A DNA stretch of 64,000 bases from an uncultured delta proteobacterium (GCA_963845515.1 CAWJSR010000045.1:64001-128000), one strand, 5' to 3'. Counted from the first letter of the stretch, positions 41,452 to 53,729 are shown. Numbers and translations are program-made. The notes: generated by a model from the sequence alone, not told the origin.

Positions 41452-42483
41452 ATGCCCGGTCCGATGCAGCGAGAGCCCCTCCGTCCGGTCCTCTACGACG
41501 CAGCGCGCGACGTCGTCCGACTCCTCGACCAGCGACGCCTGCCGCTCGAGGAGGCCTGGCTCGAGCTGACCAGCGCCGACGAGGTCGTCCAGGCGATCAA
41601 GGACCTGACGGTCCGGGGCGCGCCGGCCATCGGCGTCGCGGCGGCGTACGGCCTCGCCGTCGAGGCGCGACGAGGCGCGAACCCGCACGCGCTGCGCGAG
41701 GCGGCCGACCGGCTCGCGCACGCCCGTCCGACCGCGGTGAACCTCGCGTGGGCGGTCCGTCGGATGGTCCGCCGCCTCGGGCTCGGCCCGGCGGAGATCC
41801 TCGCCGAGGCGAACGCCATCCGTGACGAGGACGAGGCCAGCTGCCGCCGGATCGGCCAGCTGGGGGCTCCGCTGGTGCCGCCGCGGGCAAACATCCTGAC
41901 GCACTGCAACGCCGGCGCGCTCGCGACCGCAGGGTACGGGACGGCCCTCGGCGTGGTCCGGGCGGCCGTCGAGGCCGGCAGGGCGGTCCGCGTCTACGCA
42001 GACGAGACCCGCCCCTTCCTGCAGGGCGCGCGGCTCACGGCGTGGGAGCTGAATCGCGATGGGATCCCGGTCACCGTCCTGACCGACGCCATGGGGGGCT
42101 GGCTGATGGCGCGCGGAGAGATCGACTGCGTCATCGTCGGCGCCGATCGGATCGCCGCCAACGGCGACGTCGCCAACAAGATCGGCACGTACTCCCTCGC
42201 CGTCCTCGCCGGTCACCACGGCGTGCCGTTCTACGTGGCCGCCCCGTGGAGCACGGTCGACCTCTCGACCCCGAGCGGGCGCGAGATCCCGATCGAGGAG
42301 CGCCCGTCAGACGAGGTGCTCGTGATCGCCGGTCAGCGGATCGCGCCGGAGGGCGTGTCGGCGCGGTACCCGGCGTTCGACGTCACCCCGGAGCGGCTGA
42401 TCACGGCGATCATCACGGAGCGCGGCGTGGTCCGGCGCCCCTACGACGACGGGCTGAGGGCGCTCGCCGGCGAGTCGACGTGA
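41452..42483 (+). CDS. mtnA: S-methyl-5-thioribose-1-phosphate isomerase
   Basis: [45 protein letters not shown]. Confidence 0.95.
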   Translation: MPGPMQREPLRPVLYDAARDVVRLLDQRRLPLEEAWLELTSADEVVQAIKDLTVRGAPAIGVAAAYGLAVEARRGANPHALREAADRLAHARPTAVNLAWAVRRMVRRLGLGPAEILAEANAIRDEDEASCRRIGQLGAPLVPPRANILTHCNAGALATAGYGTALGVVRAAVEAGRAVRVYADETRPFLQGARLTAWELNRDGIPVTVLTDAMGGWLMARGEIDCVIVGADRIAANGDVANKIGTYSLAVLAGHHGVPFYVAAPWSTVDLSTPSGREIPIEERPSDEVLVIAGQRIAPEGVSARYPAFDVTPERLITAIITERGVVRRPYDDGLRALAGEST

Positions 42484-43379
42484 GCAGCCTGGGCTCGACC
42501 CGCGTCTTCGGCCACTCGCACGGCGGCGTCGTGGAGGTCGGCCTCAGGCGCCGCCCGCTGAAGGACCTGTACCACTGGCTCGTCACCGGCCCATGGGCGC
42601 GGGTGCTCGTCGTCTACGGCCTCGTCTACTTCGCGACGGAGGGGATCTTCGCCGCGATCGACTTCGCCATCGGGGAGGTGCCGGCCGGCCGCGGCGTCTT
42701 CGCCGCGGCGCTGGTGGAGGCGGTCCGCGCGCCCGTGGAGGGGCGCGACGTCGCCGAGCCGCTCCGGACCGTCCTGGCGGGGGTCGTCGGCAGCGTCGAG
42801 GGGTTCATCCGCTGGCTCGAGCTGGCGCTCGGCGCCGGCATCATCCTGACCAAGTTCTCGCTCCTCCGGGCGCGCATCATCTTCAGCCGGGTCGCGGTGA
42901 TCGCGCCCGGCGACGACGGCCCGGCGCTCATGTTCCGCATGGCCAACGAGCGGGTGAGCAACATCATCGACGCCAAGGTCAACGCGCTCCTCGTCTGGAA
43001 CGAGAAGGACGAGCGGGGGGAGCTGGTGCGCCGGGCGCACGACCTCGCGCTCGCGCGCGGCGGCTCCGCCCTCTTCACGCACGCCTGGACCGCCAACCAC
43101 CCGATCGACCGGGAGAGCCCGCTCCGCGGCTGCGACGAGACGGCCCTCCAGCTGGCGGAGGCGGAGCTCATCGTGAGCCTCTCGGGCTACGACGAGGCGC
43201 TCACGCGGGTCATGTACGCGCGCCACGTCTACCCTGCCGAGAAGATCCTTTGGAGCCACCGGTTCCGCGAGATAGTGAGGCCGCTCCCCGACGGGCGCAG
43301 GCGGATCGACTATCGCCGCTTCCACGAAGCGGAGCCGGTGGCGCCCGAGGAAAAGGGCTCGAGGGCCCGGAGACGCTAG
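42480..43379 (+). CDS. Inward-rectifier (KirBac-like) channel homologue with degenerate pore
   Basis: DLYHWL slide helix, [40 protein letters not shown] match the KirBac cytoplasmic domain. No TxGYG. Confidence 0.8.
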   Translation: MSSLGSTRVFGHSHGGVVEVGLRRRPLKDLYHWLVTGPWARVLVVYGLVYFATEGIFAAIDFAIGEVPAGRGVFAAALVEAVRAPVEGRDVAEPLRTVLAGVVGSVEGFIRWLELALGAGIILTKFSLLRARIIFSRVAVIAPGDDGPALMFRMANERVSNIIDAKVNALLVWNEKDERGELVRRAHDLALARGGSALFTHAWTANHPIDRESPLRGCDETALQLAEAELIVSLSGYDEALTRVMYARHVYPAEKILWSHRFREIVRPLPDGRRRIDYRRFHEAEPVAPEEKGSRARRR

Positions 43380-43386
43380 AGGAGGG

Positions 43387-43779
43387 TCAGCGACCCTTGC
43401 CCTGGTGCTTGCCGCCTCCACCGCCACCCTTGCCCGGCTTCATGGCCTTCCCGGGCTTCCCGCCGCCGCCGTGCCCCTTCCAGTGCTTGTACTGGCCTGG
43501 GGGGAGGCGGGTGAGCCCGGGGGGGACGTGGCGGGGCATGAGGACCCAGCCAGCCCGCGGGCTGGAGGACCGGTACCAGCCGCCGTCGTGGCGGGTCCAG
43601 TAGAAGCCGTCGACGTGGAAGACCTCGTAGGGGAGGTCTGGAACCACCTGGATTCCCGGCTGAATGACGATCAGCGGGGGGAGGATCACCGGCAGATCCA
43701 GCGTGAACGAGGCCGAAGCCTGAATCTGCGCCGACGCGAGGGCCGGGGCGAGGACTGCGAGCAAGATCAGTCTTTTCAT
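43387..43779 (-). CDS. Hypothetical exported protein with basic Gly/Lys-rich tail
   Basis: Signal peptide, [15 protein letters not shown]...DGFYW...[12 protein letters not shown]. Confidence 0.7.
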   Translation of the reverse strand: MKRLILLAVLAPALASAQIQASASFTLDLPVILPPLIVIQPGIQVVPDLPYEVFHVDGFYWTRHDGGWYRSSSPRAGWVLMPRHVPPGLTRLPPGQYKHWKGHGGGGKPGKAMKPGKGGGGGGKHQGKGR

Positions 43780-43852
43780 GGGCTGTACCTTAACACCCGG
43801 ACATCGGGTGGCATCCTTAACACCCCAACCCGGGATCCATCTTTGGGATTCC

Positions 43853-43882
43853 TTGACAGTTCAGGGGGGGCGATCGTATAGA
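43853..43882 (+). promoter_or_regulatory. Sigma-70-type promoter for rplU-rpmA-obgE
   Basis: TTGACA-N18-TATAGA. Confidence 0.6.
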
Positions 43883-43981
43883 ACCGCCCCTCCGGAGGAC
43901 CCGCCGGGCGCGCCCGTATTTCGCCAGCAGCACCGGGCAGCGTCGGCAAGAACCTCCCAAGAGATTATCGAGGAGCGTGCG

Positions 43982-44287
43982 ATGTACGCGGTGATTCGGA
44001 CCGGCGGAAAGCAGTACCGCGTGGCTCAGGGCGATCGGCTCAAGGTCGAGAAGCTCGAGGGCGACGTCGGCGGCAAGGTGGACTTCGACGTGCTGATGCT
44101 CGGCGGTGAAGGTCCCGCCAGGATCGGCGCGCCCGTGGTCGGCGGCGCGGCGGTCGAGGGCGAGATCGTCGCCCAGGGCCGTCACAAGAAGGTCATCCAC
44201 TTCCGCAAGAAGAAGGAAGGCTGGACCAAGAAGCGCGGTCACCGCCAGCCTTATACCGAGGTCCTGATCAAGACGGTGCGCGCCTAG
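43982..44287 (+). CDS. rplU: 50S ribosomal protein L21
   Basis: [14 protein letters not shown]...GHRQPYT. Confidence 0.98.
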   Translation: MYAVIRTGGKQYRVAQGDRLKVEKLEGDVGGKVDFDVLMLGGEGPARIGAPVVGGAAVEGEIVAQGRHKKVIHFRKKKEGWTKKRGHRQPYTEVLIKTVRA

Positions 44288-44327
44288 CGGCGCGACCGGC
44301 GCGACCCGGCAACAGGAAGGATCGAAC

Positions 44328-44585
44328 ATGGCTCACAAAAAAGGACAGGGCTCTTCCCGCAACGGCCGCGACTCGGCTGGCCAGCACCGCGGCGTGAAGA
44401 TCTACGGCTCCGAGAAGGTCGTGGCGGGCAACATCATCGTCCGGCAGATCGGGACCCTCTTCCACCCCGGGCAGAACGTCGGGCTGGGGAAGGATCACAC
44501 CCTCTTCGCCAAGATCGACGGCACCGTGAAGTACTCGCGGCACCGCGGCGATCGGCGCGTCGTCTCGGTCCTCCCCGAGGCCTAG
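44328..44585 (+). CDS. rpmA: 50S ribosomal protein L27
   Basis: [16 protein letters not shown]. Confidence 0.98.
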   Translation: MAHKKGQGSSRNGRDSAGQHRGVKIYGSEKVVAGNIIVRQIGTLFHPGQNVGLGKDHTLFAKIDGTVKYSRHRGDRRVVSVLPEA

Positions 44586-44675
44586 CTTTCGGCGCAAAGC
44601 CGATCTGAGCGCCGCGGCCCCCCAGGGCTCGCGGCGCTTGTCATTTAGAGCGCGAAGCGCAGCACCCGAGGCGCG

Positions 44676-45743
44676 ATGAAATTCGTCGACGAAGTCCGCA
44701 TCTACGTGAAGGCCGGCGACGGCGGCAACGGCGCCGTGGCGTGGCGGCGCGAGAAGTTCATCCCGCGCGGCGGGCCGGCGGGCGGCGACGGCGGCAACGG
44801 CGGCGACGTGGTGCTGATCGTGGACCCGCAGCTCCTGACGCTGCTCGACTTCCGCTTCGTCCACGATCACAAGGCGAAGAGCGGCGAGCACGGCCGCGGC
44901 AGCGACATGAACGGCCAGAACGGGCCGGACCTGGAGCTGCGCGTCCCGCCGGGGACCGTCGTGAAGGACGCCGTGACCGGCGCGCAGGTCGTGGACCTCT
45001 CCGAGCCGGGCCAGCGCGTCGTGATCGCGAAGGGCGGGCGGGGCGGCCTCGGCAACATGAACTTCGCGACGTCGACCAACCAGGCGCCGCGGTACGCCGA
45101 GGACGGGACGCCGGGGGAGGAGCGCAACCTCCAGCTGGAGCTGAAGCTGCTCGCGGACGTCGGGATCGTCGGCTACCCGAACGCCGGCAAGTCGACGCTC
45201 ATCTCGCGCATCAGCCGCGCGCGCCCCAAGATCGCCGACTACCCCTTCACCACCCTCGCGCCGAACCTGGGCGTCGTCGGGTGGCGCGACGGCCGGAGCT
45301 TCGTCGTCGCAGACATCCCGGGGCTCATCGACGGCGCGCACACCGGCGCCGGGCTCGGCCACCAGTTCCTGCGCCACGTCGAGCGCTGCCGCGTGCTGAT
45401 CCACCTCGTGGAGGGGGCGAACCCCGAGCCGGGGCGCTCCCCCGCCGCCGACTTCAAGGCGATCAACGAGGAGCTGGCCCTCTACTCGCCCGAGCTGGCG
45501 AAGAAGCCGCAGATCGTCGCGGTGACGAAGGTCGACGTCACGGAGGCGCGCGAGGCCGGCGAGAAGTTCGCGAAGACCCTCGCGAAGCGGAAGAAGCCGG
45601 TGAAGATCCACCTGATCTCCTCGGCGACCGGCGAGGGGCTGGATCCGCTCCTCGACGCGGTGGGGAAGGCGCTCTTCTCGAAGGGCGGCCCCGACCGCGA
45701 GGGGCACGGACGGCGGCTCGGCAAGCCCAGGCACGTGAAGTGA
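44676..45743 (+). CDS. obgE: GTPase ObgE/CgtA
   Basis: MKFVDE...GGPAGGDGG, GYPNAGKS, YPFTT, DIPG, TKVD. Confidence 0.97.
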   Translation: MKFVDEVRIYVKAGDGGNGAVAWRREKFIPRGGPAGGDGGNGGDVVLIVDPQLLTLLDFRFVHDHKAKSGEHGRGSDMNGQNGPDLELRVPPGTVVKDAVTGAQVVDLSEPGQRVVIAKGGRGGLGNMNFATSTNQAPRYAEDGTPGEERNLQLELKLLADVGIVGYPNAGKSTLISRISRARPKIADYPFTTLAPNLGVVGWRDGRSFVVADIPGLIDGAHTGAGLGHQFLRHVERCRVLIHLVEGANPEPGRSPAADFKAINEELALYSPELAKKPQIVAVTKVDVTEAREAGEKFAKTLAKRKKPVKIHLISSATGEGLDPLLDAVGKALFSKGGPDREGHGRRLGKPRHVK

Positions 45744-46426
45744 CCTCGTCGCTCGGCGATCCGGACTTCCTGCTCCCCGAGCGGAAGGCGCGCATCGACG
45801 AGGTCGTCGCCAACCGCACCCGCACCCTGACCGTGGTCATGGAGTCGCTCTGCGATCCGCAGAACGTCAACGCCGTGATCCGCACCTGCGAGGCCTTCGG
45901 GATCCAGGCGCTGCACGCGATCGAGGGGCCGATGAAGCGGTACGACCCCAACAAGAAGATCAGCCAGAACGCCGACAAGTGGCTCGACGTGAGGCGCTGG
46001 TCCTCGACGGGCGAGTGCCTCGGGTTCCTGAAGTCGGAGGGGTTCCGGATCTACGCCACGCACCTCGGGCAGGACTCGGTCGGGCTCGCCGACCTCTCCT
46101 TCGCCCCGAAGGTCGCGCTCGTCTTCGGGAACGAGCACCGCGGCGTGTCGGACGAGGCGGCGGCGCTCGCCGACGCGAACTTCACCATCCCGATGCTCGG
46201 CTTCGTCCAGTCCTTCAACGTGTCGGTCGCGGCCGCCATCACGCTCGCCCGCGCGGTGGACCGCCGCGTCGAAGAGCGCGGCCGCCACGGCGACCTGCCC
46301 GAGGCCGAGGCCCAGGCGCTGCGCGAGCGGTTCTACCTGCTCGCCGTGAAGCAGCGCAGCCGGATCGCCAAGGCCGAGCGCGCCGACGCGCGCCGGGAGC
46401 GGCACGCGAAGCAGGGCGGGGAGTAG
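45740..46426 (+). CDS. SpoU/TrmH-family RNA methyltransferase
   Basis: DPQNVNAVIRTCEAFG, LVFGNEHRG, IPMLGFVQSFNVSVA. Confidence 0.9.
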   Translation: MTSSLGDPDFLLPERKARIDEVVANRTRTLTVVMESLCDPQNVNAVIRTCEAFGIQALHAIEGPMKRYDPNKKISQNADKWLDVRRWSSTGECLGFLKSEGFRIYATHLGQDSVGLADLSFAPKVALVFGNEHRGVSDEAAALADANFTIPMLGFVQSFNVSVAAAITLARAVDRRVEERGRHGDLPEAEAQALRERFYLLAVKQRSRIAKAERADARRERHAKQGGE

Positions 46427-46511
46427 CGTTTCCTTCAGCGCGGTGCAGGGTGCAGCCGATCGCGTCCGAGGTGGGCGCGGCGCTCGATGGTACGCACCGA
46501 GTCCGTGAACG

Positions 46512-46551
46512 CCCCCTCACCAGCCTCTCCCCCGCGGGGGCGGGGGAGAGG
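46512..46551 (+). repeat. REP-like palindromic repeat
   Basis: CCCCCTCACCAGCCTCTCCCCCGC...GCGGGGGAGAGG. Confidence 0.7.
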
Positions 46552-46649
46552 TGTATTTCCATGGTGCCGGACGACGAGCATGACCGCGCCCCAAGTGTAG
46601 CCGAGGGTCGAGGCGACGGTGAGCGCGGTGGTGCGGGTAGCGGGAGTGG

Positions 46650-46886
46650 TCACGGGGATGTACCCATGGCAGCCATCACCGCCCAGGCGAAGACCGCCAG
46701 CCCGATTCCGCCCAGGACGCCGGCAGCGACGAGCACCAGCCGCGCCAGGCGCACGATCCGGTCGGTCGGGGGCAGCTTCAGCCGGAACAGGATCACGAAC
46801 CCGGCGACCGTCGCTGCGAGGACGGCGAGTCCGAAGAGCGCCGTCCCCGCGATCGCCGCGAAGCCGCCCGCGCCGTCGCTCATCAC
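46650..46886 (-). CDS. Small two-TM membrane protein
   Basis: MSDGAGGFAAIAG...FAWAVMAAMG. Start overlaps the pseudouridine synthase stop. Confidence 0.5.
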   Translation of the reverse strand: MMSDGAGGFAAIAGTALFGLAVLAATVAGFVILFRLKLPPTDRIVRLARLVLVAAGVLGGIGLAVFAWAVMAAMGTSP

Positions 46887-47836
46887 TTGCACCCCTCCCA
46901 GAGCCCCGCGAGGTCGGGCGGCAGCGGCGCCTCCAGCGAGACCGGCTCGCCGGTCGCCGGGTGCGGGATCGTCAGCCTCGAGGCATGGAGCGCCTGCCTC
47001 GGAAGCCGCAGCGCCGCGTGGTCGTCTGGCGTCAGCGCCTTCTTCGTGAACCGGTCGAAGATCAGCTCGTCCGGTCCGTAGATCTTGTCGCCCACGACCG
47101 GAGTCCCGGCGTGGAGGAGGTGCGCGCGGATCTGGTGCTGGCGGCCGGTCCTCGGCTCGCACGCGACGAGCGCTATGCGCGCGCCGTCTGGCGCCGTCCG
47201 ACGCTCTAGCACCTCGAACCCGGTCCGGGACTGCTGCCCGTCCGGGTGGACGTGCATCCGCACCCGCACGGCGCTCTGGAGGGTCAGGGCGAGCGGGGCG
47301 TCCACCTCGAAGCGATCCTCGGCGGGCCAGCCGCTGGTGAGCGCGAGGTAGCTCTTGTGCACCCGCCCGTCGGCGAAGGAGCGCTTGAGCGCCTTGGTCC
47401 ACTCCGGGGCGGTGCCGCACGCGAGCAGCCCCGAGGTCTCGCGGTCGAGCCGGTGCGCGGGATCGATCTTCCTGTCCGGATAGCGGGCCCTCGCCACCGA
47501 CGTGAAGGTGTGGGCGAAGTAGCGGGCCGTCGGGTGGATGGGGAGGCCGGCCGGCTTGTCCACCACCAGGAGCATCCCATCGTCGTGGATGACGCCGAAG
47601 TCGAGCGGGGTGTCGGGCTCAGGCTCGACGTCCTTCAGGAGCGCGAAGGCGAAGCCCGGGACCACCAGGGAGTCGGGCGCGACCAGGGAGCCGTCCTCCG
47701 TCTCGAGCCGCTCGGCGATCAGCCCGGGGATCTTCTCGGCGGCGAGCCGGCGGAGCTTCTGCTGGAGGTAGGCGTCGAGCCTCCAGCCTGAGTAGTTGCG
47801 TTCGACGACGAACCGGATGCGGACTACCTGCGACAT
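46883..47836 (-). CDS. RluA/RluD-family pseudouridine synthase
   Basis: DKPAGLPIHP, HRLDRETSG, TGRQHQIRAH, GDKIYG, QALHA. Confidence 0.94.
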   Translation of the reverse strand: MSQVVRIRFVVERNYSGWRLDAYLQQKLRRLAAEKIPGLIAERLETEDGSLVAPDSLVVPGFAFALLKDVEPEPDTPLDFGVIHDDGMLLVVDKPAGLPIHPTARYFAHTFTSVARARYPDRKIDPAHRLDRETSGLLACGTAPEWTKALKRSFADGRVHKSYLALTSGWPAEDRFEVDAPLALTLQSAVRVRMHVHPDGQQSRTGFEVLERRTAPDGARIALVACEPRTGRQHQIRAHLLHAGTPVVGDKIYGPDELIFDRFTKKALTPDDHAALRLPRQALHASRLTIPHPATGEPVSLEAPLPPDLAGLWEGCK

Positions 47837-47919
47837 TCAGTGTCCACGCGGCCTGGGTCGGTACATCTGCGGAAGATATCACTTGAACGGCCCGCCTCCG
47901 TTGCTACCATCCACGCTCC

Positions 47920-48831
47920 TTGCACCCCCTACTCTCAGTCGCCGCCGCGCTCGTGTTCGTAGCAGGGCCCTCGCCCGCCGCGCCGCCCGACATGGGCGCG
48001 CCAAATGGGGAGCAAGCAACCGTTCCGGCCTCCGCCACCGCGCCTGCCCCCGCGGCGCCTGCGACGCCGGCGGCGGAGCCCGCCGCCGCGCCGCCATCCG
48101 CCGCCGCGGAGGTGAAGGCGCCGCCCCCCGCGCCACCGGCGCTCGCAATCGTGCAGCTCGACGCCCCGACCGATCTCGCGCTGCTGGGCAGGAGCCTGTC
48201 CGAGGCGGTCGCCCAGGAGGCTGCGAAGCTCCCCGGCCTCATGGTGCTCGCGCCGTCCGCGGTCCTGGGCAGGCTCGGGGCCGACGCGGCTCGGCAGGCC
48301 TCCCACTGCGGTGAGGCCGCCGCCTGCCTCATGTCGGCCGCGAGGCAGCTCGGCGCGGAGCGCATCGTCGGCGGCTGGATCGACCGCGTAGGTGCCAACT
48401 ACAAGTTCGGCCTCGTGCTCGTCGACGTGAAGACCGGGACCGCGCTGGCCCGCGTCGCCCGCGAGGTGCCCATCGCCTCCCGCCGCATCCGCGCCGACGT
48501 CATCGCCGCGGCGGGTCCGCTCCTGAGAGGCGAGGCCGCCGGGACGGGGGTCCTTGCGCTCCAGACCGAGCTCCCCGGGGCAGAGGTCCGGATCGACGAC
48601 AAGGCCGCGGGGACGACGCCGCTCGAGGCGCGGCTGCAGGCCGGGAAGCACAAGGTCGAGGTCTCACAGCGGGGCAAGGTCCGCGTCGAGCCCTTCTGGG
48701 TCGACGTGCCGGCCAGCGGCCGCGCCGAGCAGCGCGTCCGGCTCTACGACATCCCCGTCGCCGAGAGGCGGCCCGGCGAGGTCGAGACGACCACCTTCGA
48801 GATGGGCAAGGCGAAGAAGCGCAAGAAGTAG
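47920..48831 (+). CDS. PEGA-domain exported protein
   Basis: Signal peptide, Pro/Ala linker, GAEVRIDDKAAGTTPL...AGKHKVEV PEGA motif. Confidence 0.8.
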   Translation: MHPLLSVAAALVFVAGPSPAAPPDMGAPNGEQATVPASATAPAPAAPATPAAEPAAAPPSAAAEVKAPPPAPPALAIVQLDAPTDLALLGRSLSEAVAQEAAKLPGLMVLAPSAVLGRLGADAARQASHCGEAAACLMSAARQLGAERIVGGWIDRVGANYKFGLVLVDVKTGTALARVAREVPIASRRIRADVIAAAGPLLRGEAAGTGVLALQTELPGAEVRIDDKAAGTTPLEARLQAGKHKVEVSQRGKVRVEPFWVDVPASGRAEQRVRLYDIPVAERRPGEVETTTFEMGKAKKRKK

Positions 48832-48915
48832 GCGGCCTTCCGGGGCGCGCGCCAGGTGTGCCGCTCGCCCGACGAGCTCTCTCCAGCCGGGGGAGAGCGG
48901 ATGCTGCCAGCCGGG

Positions 48916-48944
48916 TTGACGGCAGGGATCGCGCAGCGTACTTA
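48916..48944 (+). promoter_or_regulatory. Sigma-70-type promoter for the kdsB-pyrG-kdsA operon
   Basis: TTGACG-N17-TACTTA. Confidence 0.5.
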
Positions 48945-48955
48945 GTGGTCCCGGC

Positions 48956-49684
48956 TTGATACGCGTCGCTGTCATCATTCCGGCCCGGTTCGGAGCCACC
49001 CGGTTCCCCGGGAAACCACTCGCTGATCTCGGCGGTAGGCCCCTCATCGCGCACGTGGTCGAGCGCGCGAAGCTGGCGCGCGGCGTCTCGATCGTCGCGG
49101 TGGCGACCGACGACGAACGGATCGCGGCGGCGGCCAGGCAGGCAGGTGCCGAGGCGATCCTCACGGGCGACGCGGCGACCGGGACTGATCGGGTGGCGAT
49201 GGCGGCGAGGCGGCTCTCGCAGCCACCGGACCTCGTGGTGAACCTGCAGGGCGACGAGCCGTTGATCGAGCCCGGCGCGATAGAGACGCTGGTGTCCGCG
49301 ATGGAGTCCAGCGGCGCCGAGATGGGGACGCTCGCCCGTCCACTGGAGGAGGGCGAGCTGGAGAGGACGCAGGTGGTGAAGGTGGTGACCGACCTCCAGG
49401 GGAACGCGCTCTACTTCTCGCGCGCCCCCATCCCGCACCGCCGGGCTGGAGGGACGAGCCGGATGGCTCGCGCCCACGTCGGGATCTACGCCTTCACCGC
49501 CGCCTGTCTGCAGCGGTTCGCGGCGCTGTCCGCGACGCCGCTCGAGCAGGAGGAGTCGCTCGAGCAGCTGCGCGCGCTCGAGCATGGAGTTCGGATCCGG
49601 GTGGCCGACACGGCGTACCGCGGCTTTGGAATCGACACTCCCGAGGACCTCGCGCGCGCGCGGGCTCTCCTCGGGACGGCATGA
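48956..49684 (+). CDS. kdsB: CMP-KDO synthetase
   Basis: IIPARFGATRFPGKPL, NLQGDEP, LYFSRAPIP, ESLEQLRALE. Confidence 0.96.
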   Translation: MIRVAVIIPARFGATRFPGKPLADLGGRPLIAHVVERAKLARGVSIVAVATDDERIAAAARQAGAEAILTGDAATGTDRVAMAARRLSQPPDLVVNLQGDEPLIEPGAIETLVSAMESSGAEMGTLARPLEEGELERTQVVKVVTDLQGNALYFSRAPIPHRRAGGTSRMARAHVGIYAFTAACLQRFAALSATPLEQEESLEQLRALEHGVRIRVADTAYRGFGIDTPEDLARARALLGTA

Positions 49685-51373
<1,689 letters not shown>

Positions 51374-51382
51374 GAGACTGCC

Positions 51383-52210
51383 TTGTCCAGAGTCCTTTCC
51401 CGCATCGGCGGCTACGAGGTCGGCGACGGCCGGCCCCTCCTGCTCATCGCCGGGCCGTGCGTCATGGAGGACACCGCCCATGCCCTCGCCCATGCACGCA
51501 GGGTGAAGGCGCTGGCGGCGAAGCACGGCCTGCCGGTCATCTTCAAGGCCAGCTTCGACAAGGCGAACCGCTCCTCCGGGAAGAGCTTCCGCGGGCCGGG
51601 GCTCGAGAAGGGGCTCGCCGCGTTCGAGGAGGTGAAGCGCGAGACCGGGCTCCCCTGCCTCACCGACGTCCACGAGACGTCGCAGGCCGAGCCGGTGGGG
51701 AGGGTGGTCGACGTCCTCCAGGTCCCCGCGTTCCTCTGCCGCCAGACCGATCTCGTGCTCGCCTGCGCGCGCCACGGGAAGGCGGTCAACGTGAAGAAGG
51801 GGCAGTTCCTGGCCCCGAAGGAGATGCGCCACGCCATCGCGAAGTGCCGCGAGGCCGGGAACGAGCAGATCATGCTCACCGAGCGCGGCAGCAGCTTCGG
51901 CTACGGGAACCTGGTCGTGGACATGCGCGGGCTCGTGCAGATGCGCGAGCTGGGCGTGCCGGTCTGCATGGACGCCACCCACTCGGTCCAGATGCCCGGG
52001 TCGGGCGGTGACACGACCGGCGGCGACCGGCAGTTCGTGGCGCCGCTGGCCCGCGCCGCGGCGGCCGTCGGGATCGACGCGCTCTTCCTGGAGATCCACG
52101 AGGACCCCTCGGTCGCGAAGAGCGACGGTCCCAACTCGCTCGACTTCGCGCTGGCCGACGCGGTCATCGCGGAGGTCCTGGCGATCAGGCGGGCGCTGGG
52201 GCAGCCGTGA
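51383..52210 (+). CDS. kdsA: KDO-8-phosphate synthase
   Basis: [35 protein letters not shown]. Confidence 0.97.
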   Translation: MSRVLSRIGGYEVGDGRPLLLIAGPCVMEDTAHALAHARRVKALAAKHGLPVIFKASFDKANRSSGKSFRGPGLEKGLAAFEEVKRETGLPCLTDVHETSQAEPVGRVVDVLQVPAFLCRQTDLVLACARHGKAVNVKKGQFLAPKEMRHAIAKCREAGNEQIMLTERGSSFGYGNLVVDMRGLVQMRELGVPVCMDATHSVQMPGSGGDTTGGDRQFVAPLARAAAAVGIDALFLEIHEDPSVAKSDGPNSLDFALADAVIAEVLAIRRALGQP

Positions 52211-52809
52211 GCCCCGCGAAGCGAAGGCCCCGTCACCGCACCGCAGCGCCCTTCGGCGCGCCCCCTCGCAGGGCCGGGGCCAGGGAGCAGAGCTCGCGCT
52301 GCAGGATCTCGCCGCAGCTCCTCCTCGCCCGGGCCGCGAAGGTGAAGCTGCTCGCGCTCGACGTCGACGGCGTCCTGACCGACTGCCGGATCTGGTACGG
52401 ACCGGATGGCGAGGCGCTCAAGGCCTTCCACGTCCGCGACGGCTTCGGCCTCGTCCTGCTGCGCAAGCACGTCGACCTCGCCATCATCTCGGGGCGTCCG
52501 GGCAAGGCCACGCAGGCGCGGGTCGAGGAGCTGGGCTTCAAGCACGTCGTCTTCGGGGAGGCCGACAAGCTCGCCGGCTACGCGAAGCTCGCCCACCTAG
52601 GCTTCGCCGACGACGAGGTCGCCTACATGGGCGACGACGTCAACGACATCCCCCTGCTGCAGAAGGTCGGCCTCTCCGCCTGCCCGGCGGACGCCCACCC
52701 CGAGGCGCGGAGCCGCGTCCACTTCGTGGCGGAGAACGCCGGCGGCTTCGGCGCGGTCCGGGAGCTCTGCGAGCTGATCCTGGCCGCGAAGGGCATCAGG
52801 ACGTCCTAG
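52207..52809 (+). CDS. kdsC: KDO-8-phosphate phosphatase
   Basis: [28 protein letters not shown]. Confidence 0.93.
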   Translation: MSPAKRRPRHRTAAPFGAPPRRAGAREQSSRCRISPQLLLARAAKVKLLALDVDGVLTDCRIWYGPDGEALKAFHVRDGFGLVLLRKHVDLAIISGRPGKATQARVEELGFKHVVFGEADKLAGYAKLAHLGFADDEVAYMGDDVNDIPLLQKVGLSACPADAHPEARSRVHFVAENAGGFGAVRELCELILAAKGIRTS

Positions 52810-53729
52810 TGGCTCCCCCCCTCCGAAAGCGCATCAAGCGCGGCGTCCGGTCCGTCGTCGTGGTCGCAGCCATCCGGGCCCTCTCCTACCTCCCGCGCCG
52901 GCTCGCCTGGCGCCTCGGCACGCTCCTCGGTCGGCTGGCCTGGCCGCTCGCCGCGAAGACCCGCCGGCTCGCGCTGAAGGGGCTCGCGACCGCCTTCCCG
53001 GAGAAGACCGACGCGGAGCGCGAGGCGATCGCCCGCGCCATGTTCGTCAACCTGGCCCACTCCGCGATGGAGGTCGTCACCATCCGGAGCTACGACCACG
53101 ACCTCGAGTCGTACGTCGAGCTGAAGAACCCGGAGCTCCTGGACGAGCTGATGGCCCGGGGGAAGGGGCTGATCTACGTCCCCGGCCACCTCGGGAACTG
53201 GGAGCTTCACGCCCGGCGCGTCGCGTCCACGGGGCTGGACAACGCCACGGTCGGGAAGGCGAGCCACGATCCACGGCTGAACCGGCTGATCGAGGAGTTC
53301 CGTGCGTCGGGCGGCGTGAAGACGCTCTGGAGGGAGTCTCCGGACTCCGGCCGCGTCATCATCAAGACCCTGCGCAGCGGGAAGGCGCTCGGCATCCTGA
53401 TCGATCAGGACACCGCCGTGCAGAACGTCTTCGTCCCGTTCTTCGGACGGCTCGCCGCCACCCCGCGCGCCGCCGCCGACCTGGCGATCCGTTTCGGGAC
53501 CGCCGTGGTGGTGGCGACGATCCACCGAAAGGGAGAGGGGCCTGACGCCGGCCACCTCCTGGAGTTCACGGAGGTCGGGTACGACCCCGAGCCCCCCGAT
53601 CGGGAGGCAGAGGTCGTCCGGCTGACGGCAGCGTGCAGCAAGGTCCTGGAGGATTCGATCCGGCGCTACCCCGCCGAATGGGTCTGGATGCACGAACGCT
53701 GGAAGACGCCTCCGCCCGCCCGCCCCTAG
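52809..53729 (+). CDS. Lipid A late acyltransferase (LpxL/HtrB family)
   Basis: GHLGNWE, ILIDQD, VPFFG, YPAEWVWMHERWK. Confidence 0.9.
   Translation: MAPPLRKRIKRGVRSVVVVAAIRALSYLPRRLAWRLGTLLGRLAWPLAAKTRRLALKGLATAFPEKTDAEREAIARAMFVNLAHSAMEVVTIRSYDHDLESYVELKNPELLDELMARGKGLIYVPGHLGNWELHARRVASTGLDNATVGKASHDPRLNRLIEEFRASGGVKTLWRESPDSGRVIIKTLRSGKALGILIDQDTAVQNVFVPFFGRLAATPRAAADLAIRFGTAVVVATIHRKGEGPDAGHLLEFTEVGYDPEPPDREAEVVRLTAACSKVLEDSIRRYPAEWVWMHERWKTPPPARP

Noticed and set aside
46435..46653. 72-aa ORF downstream of the small membrane protein
   Set aside because: Part of it is the translated REP-like element. It may be a gene remnant but cannot be supported as a CDS.
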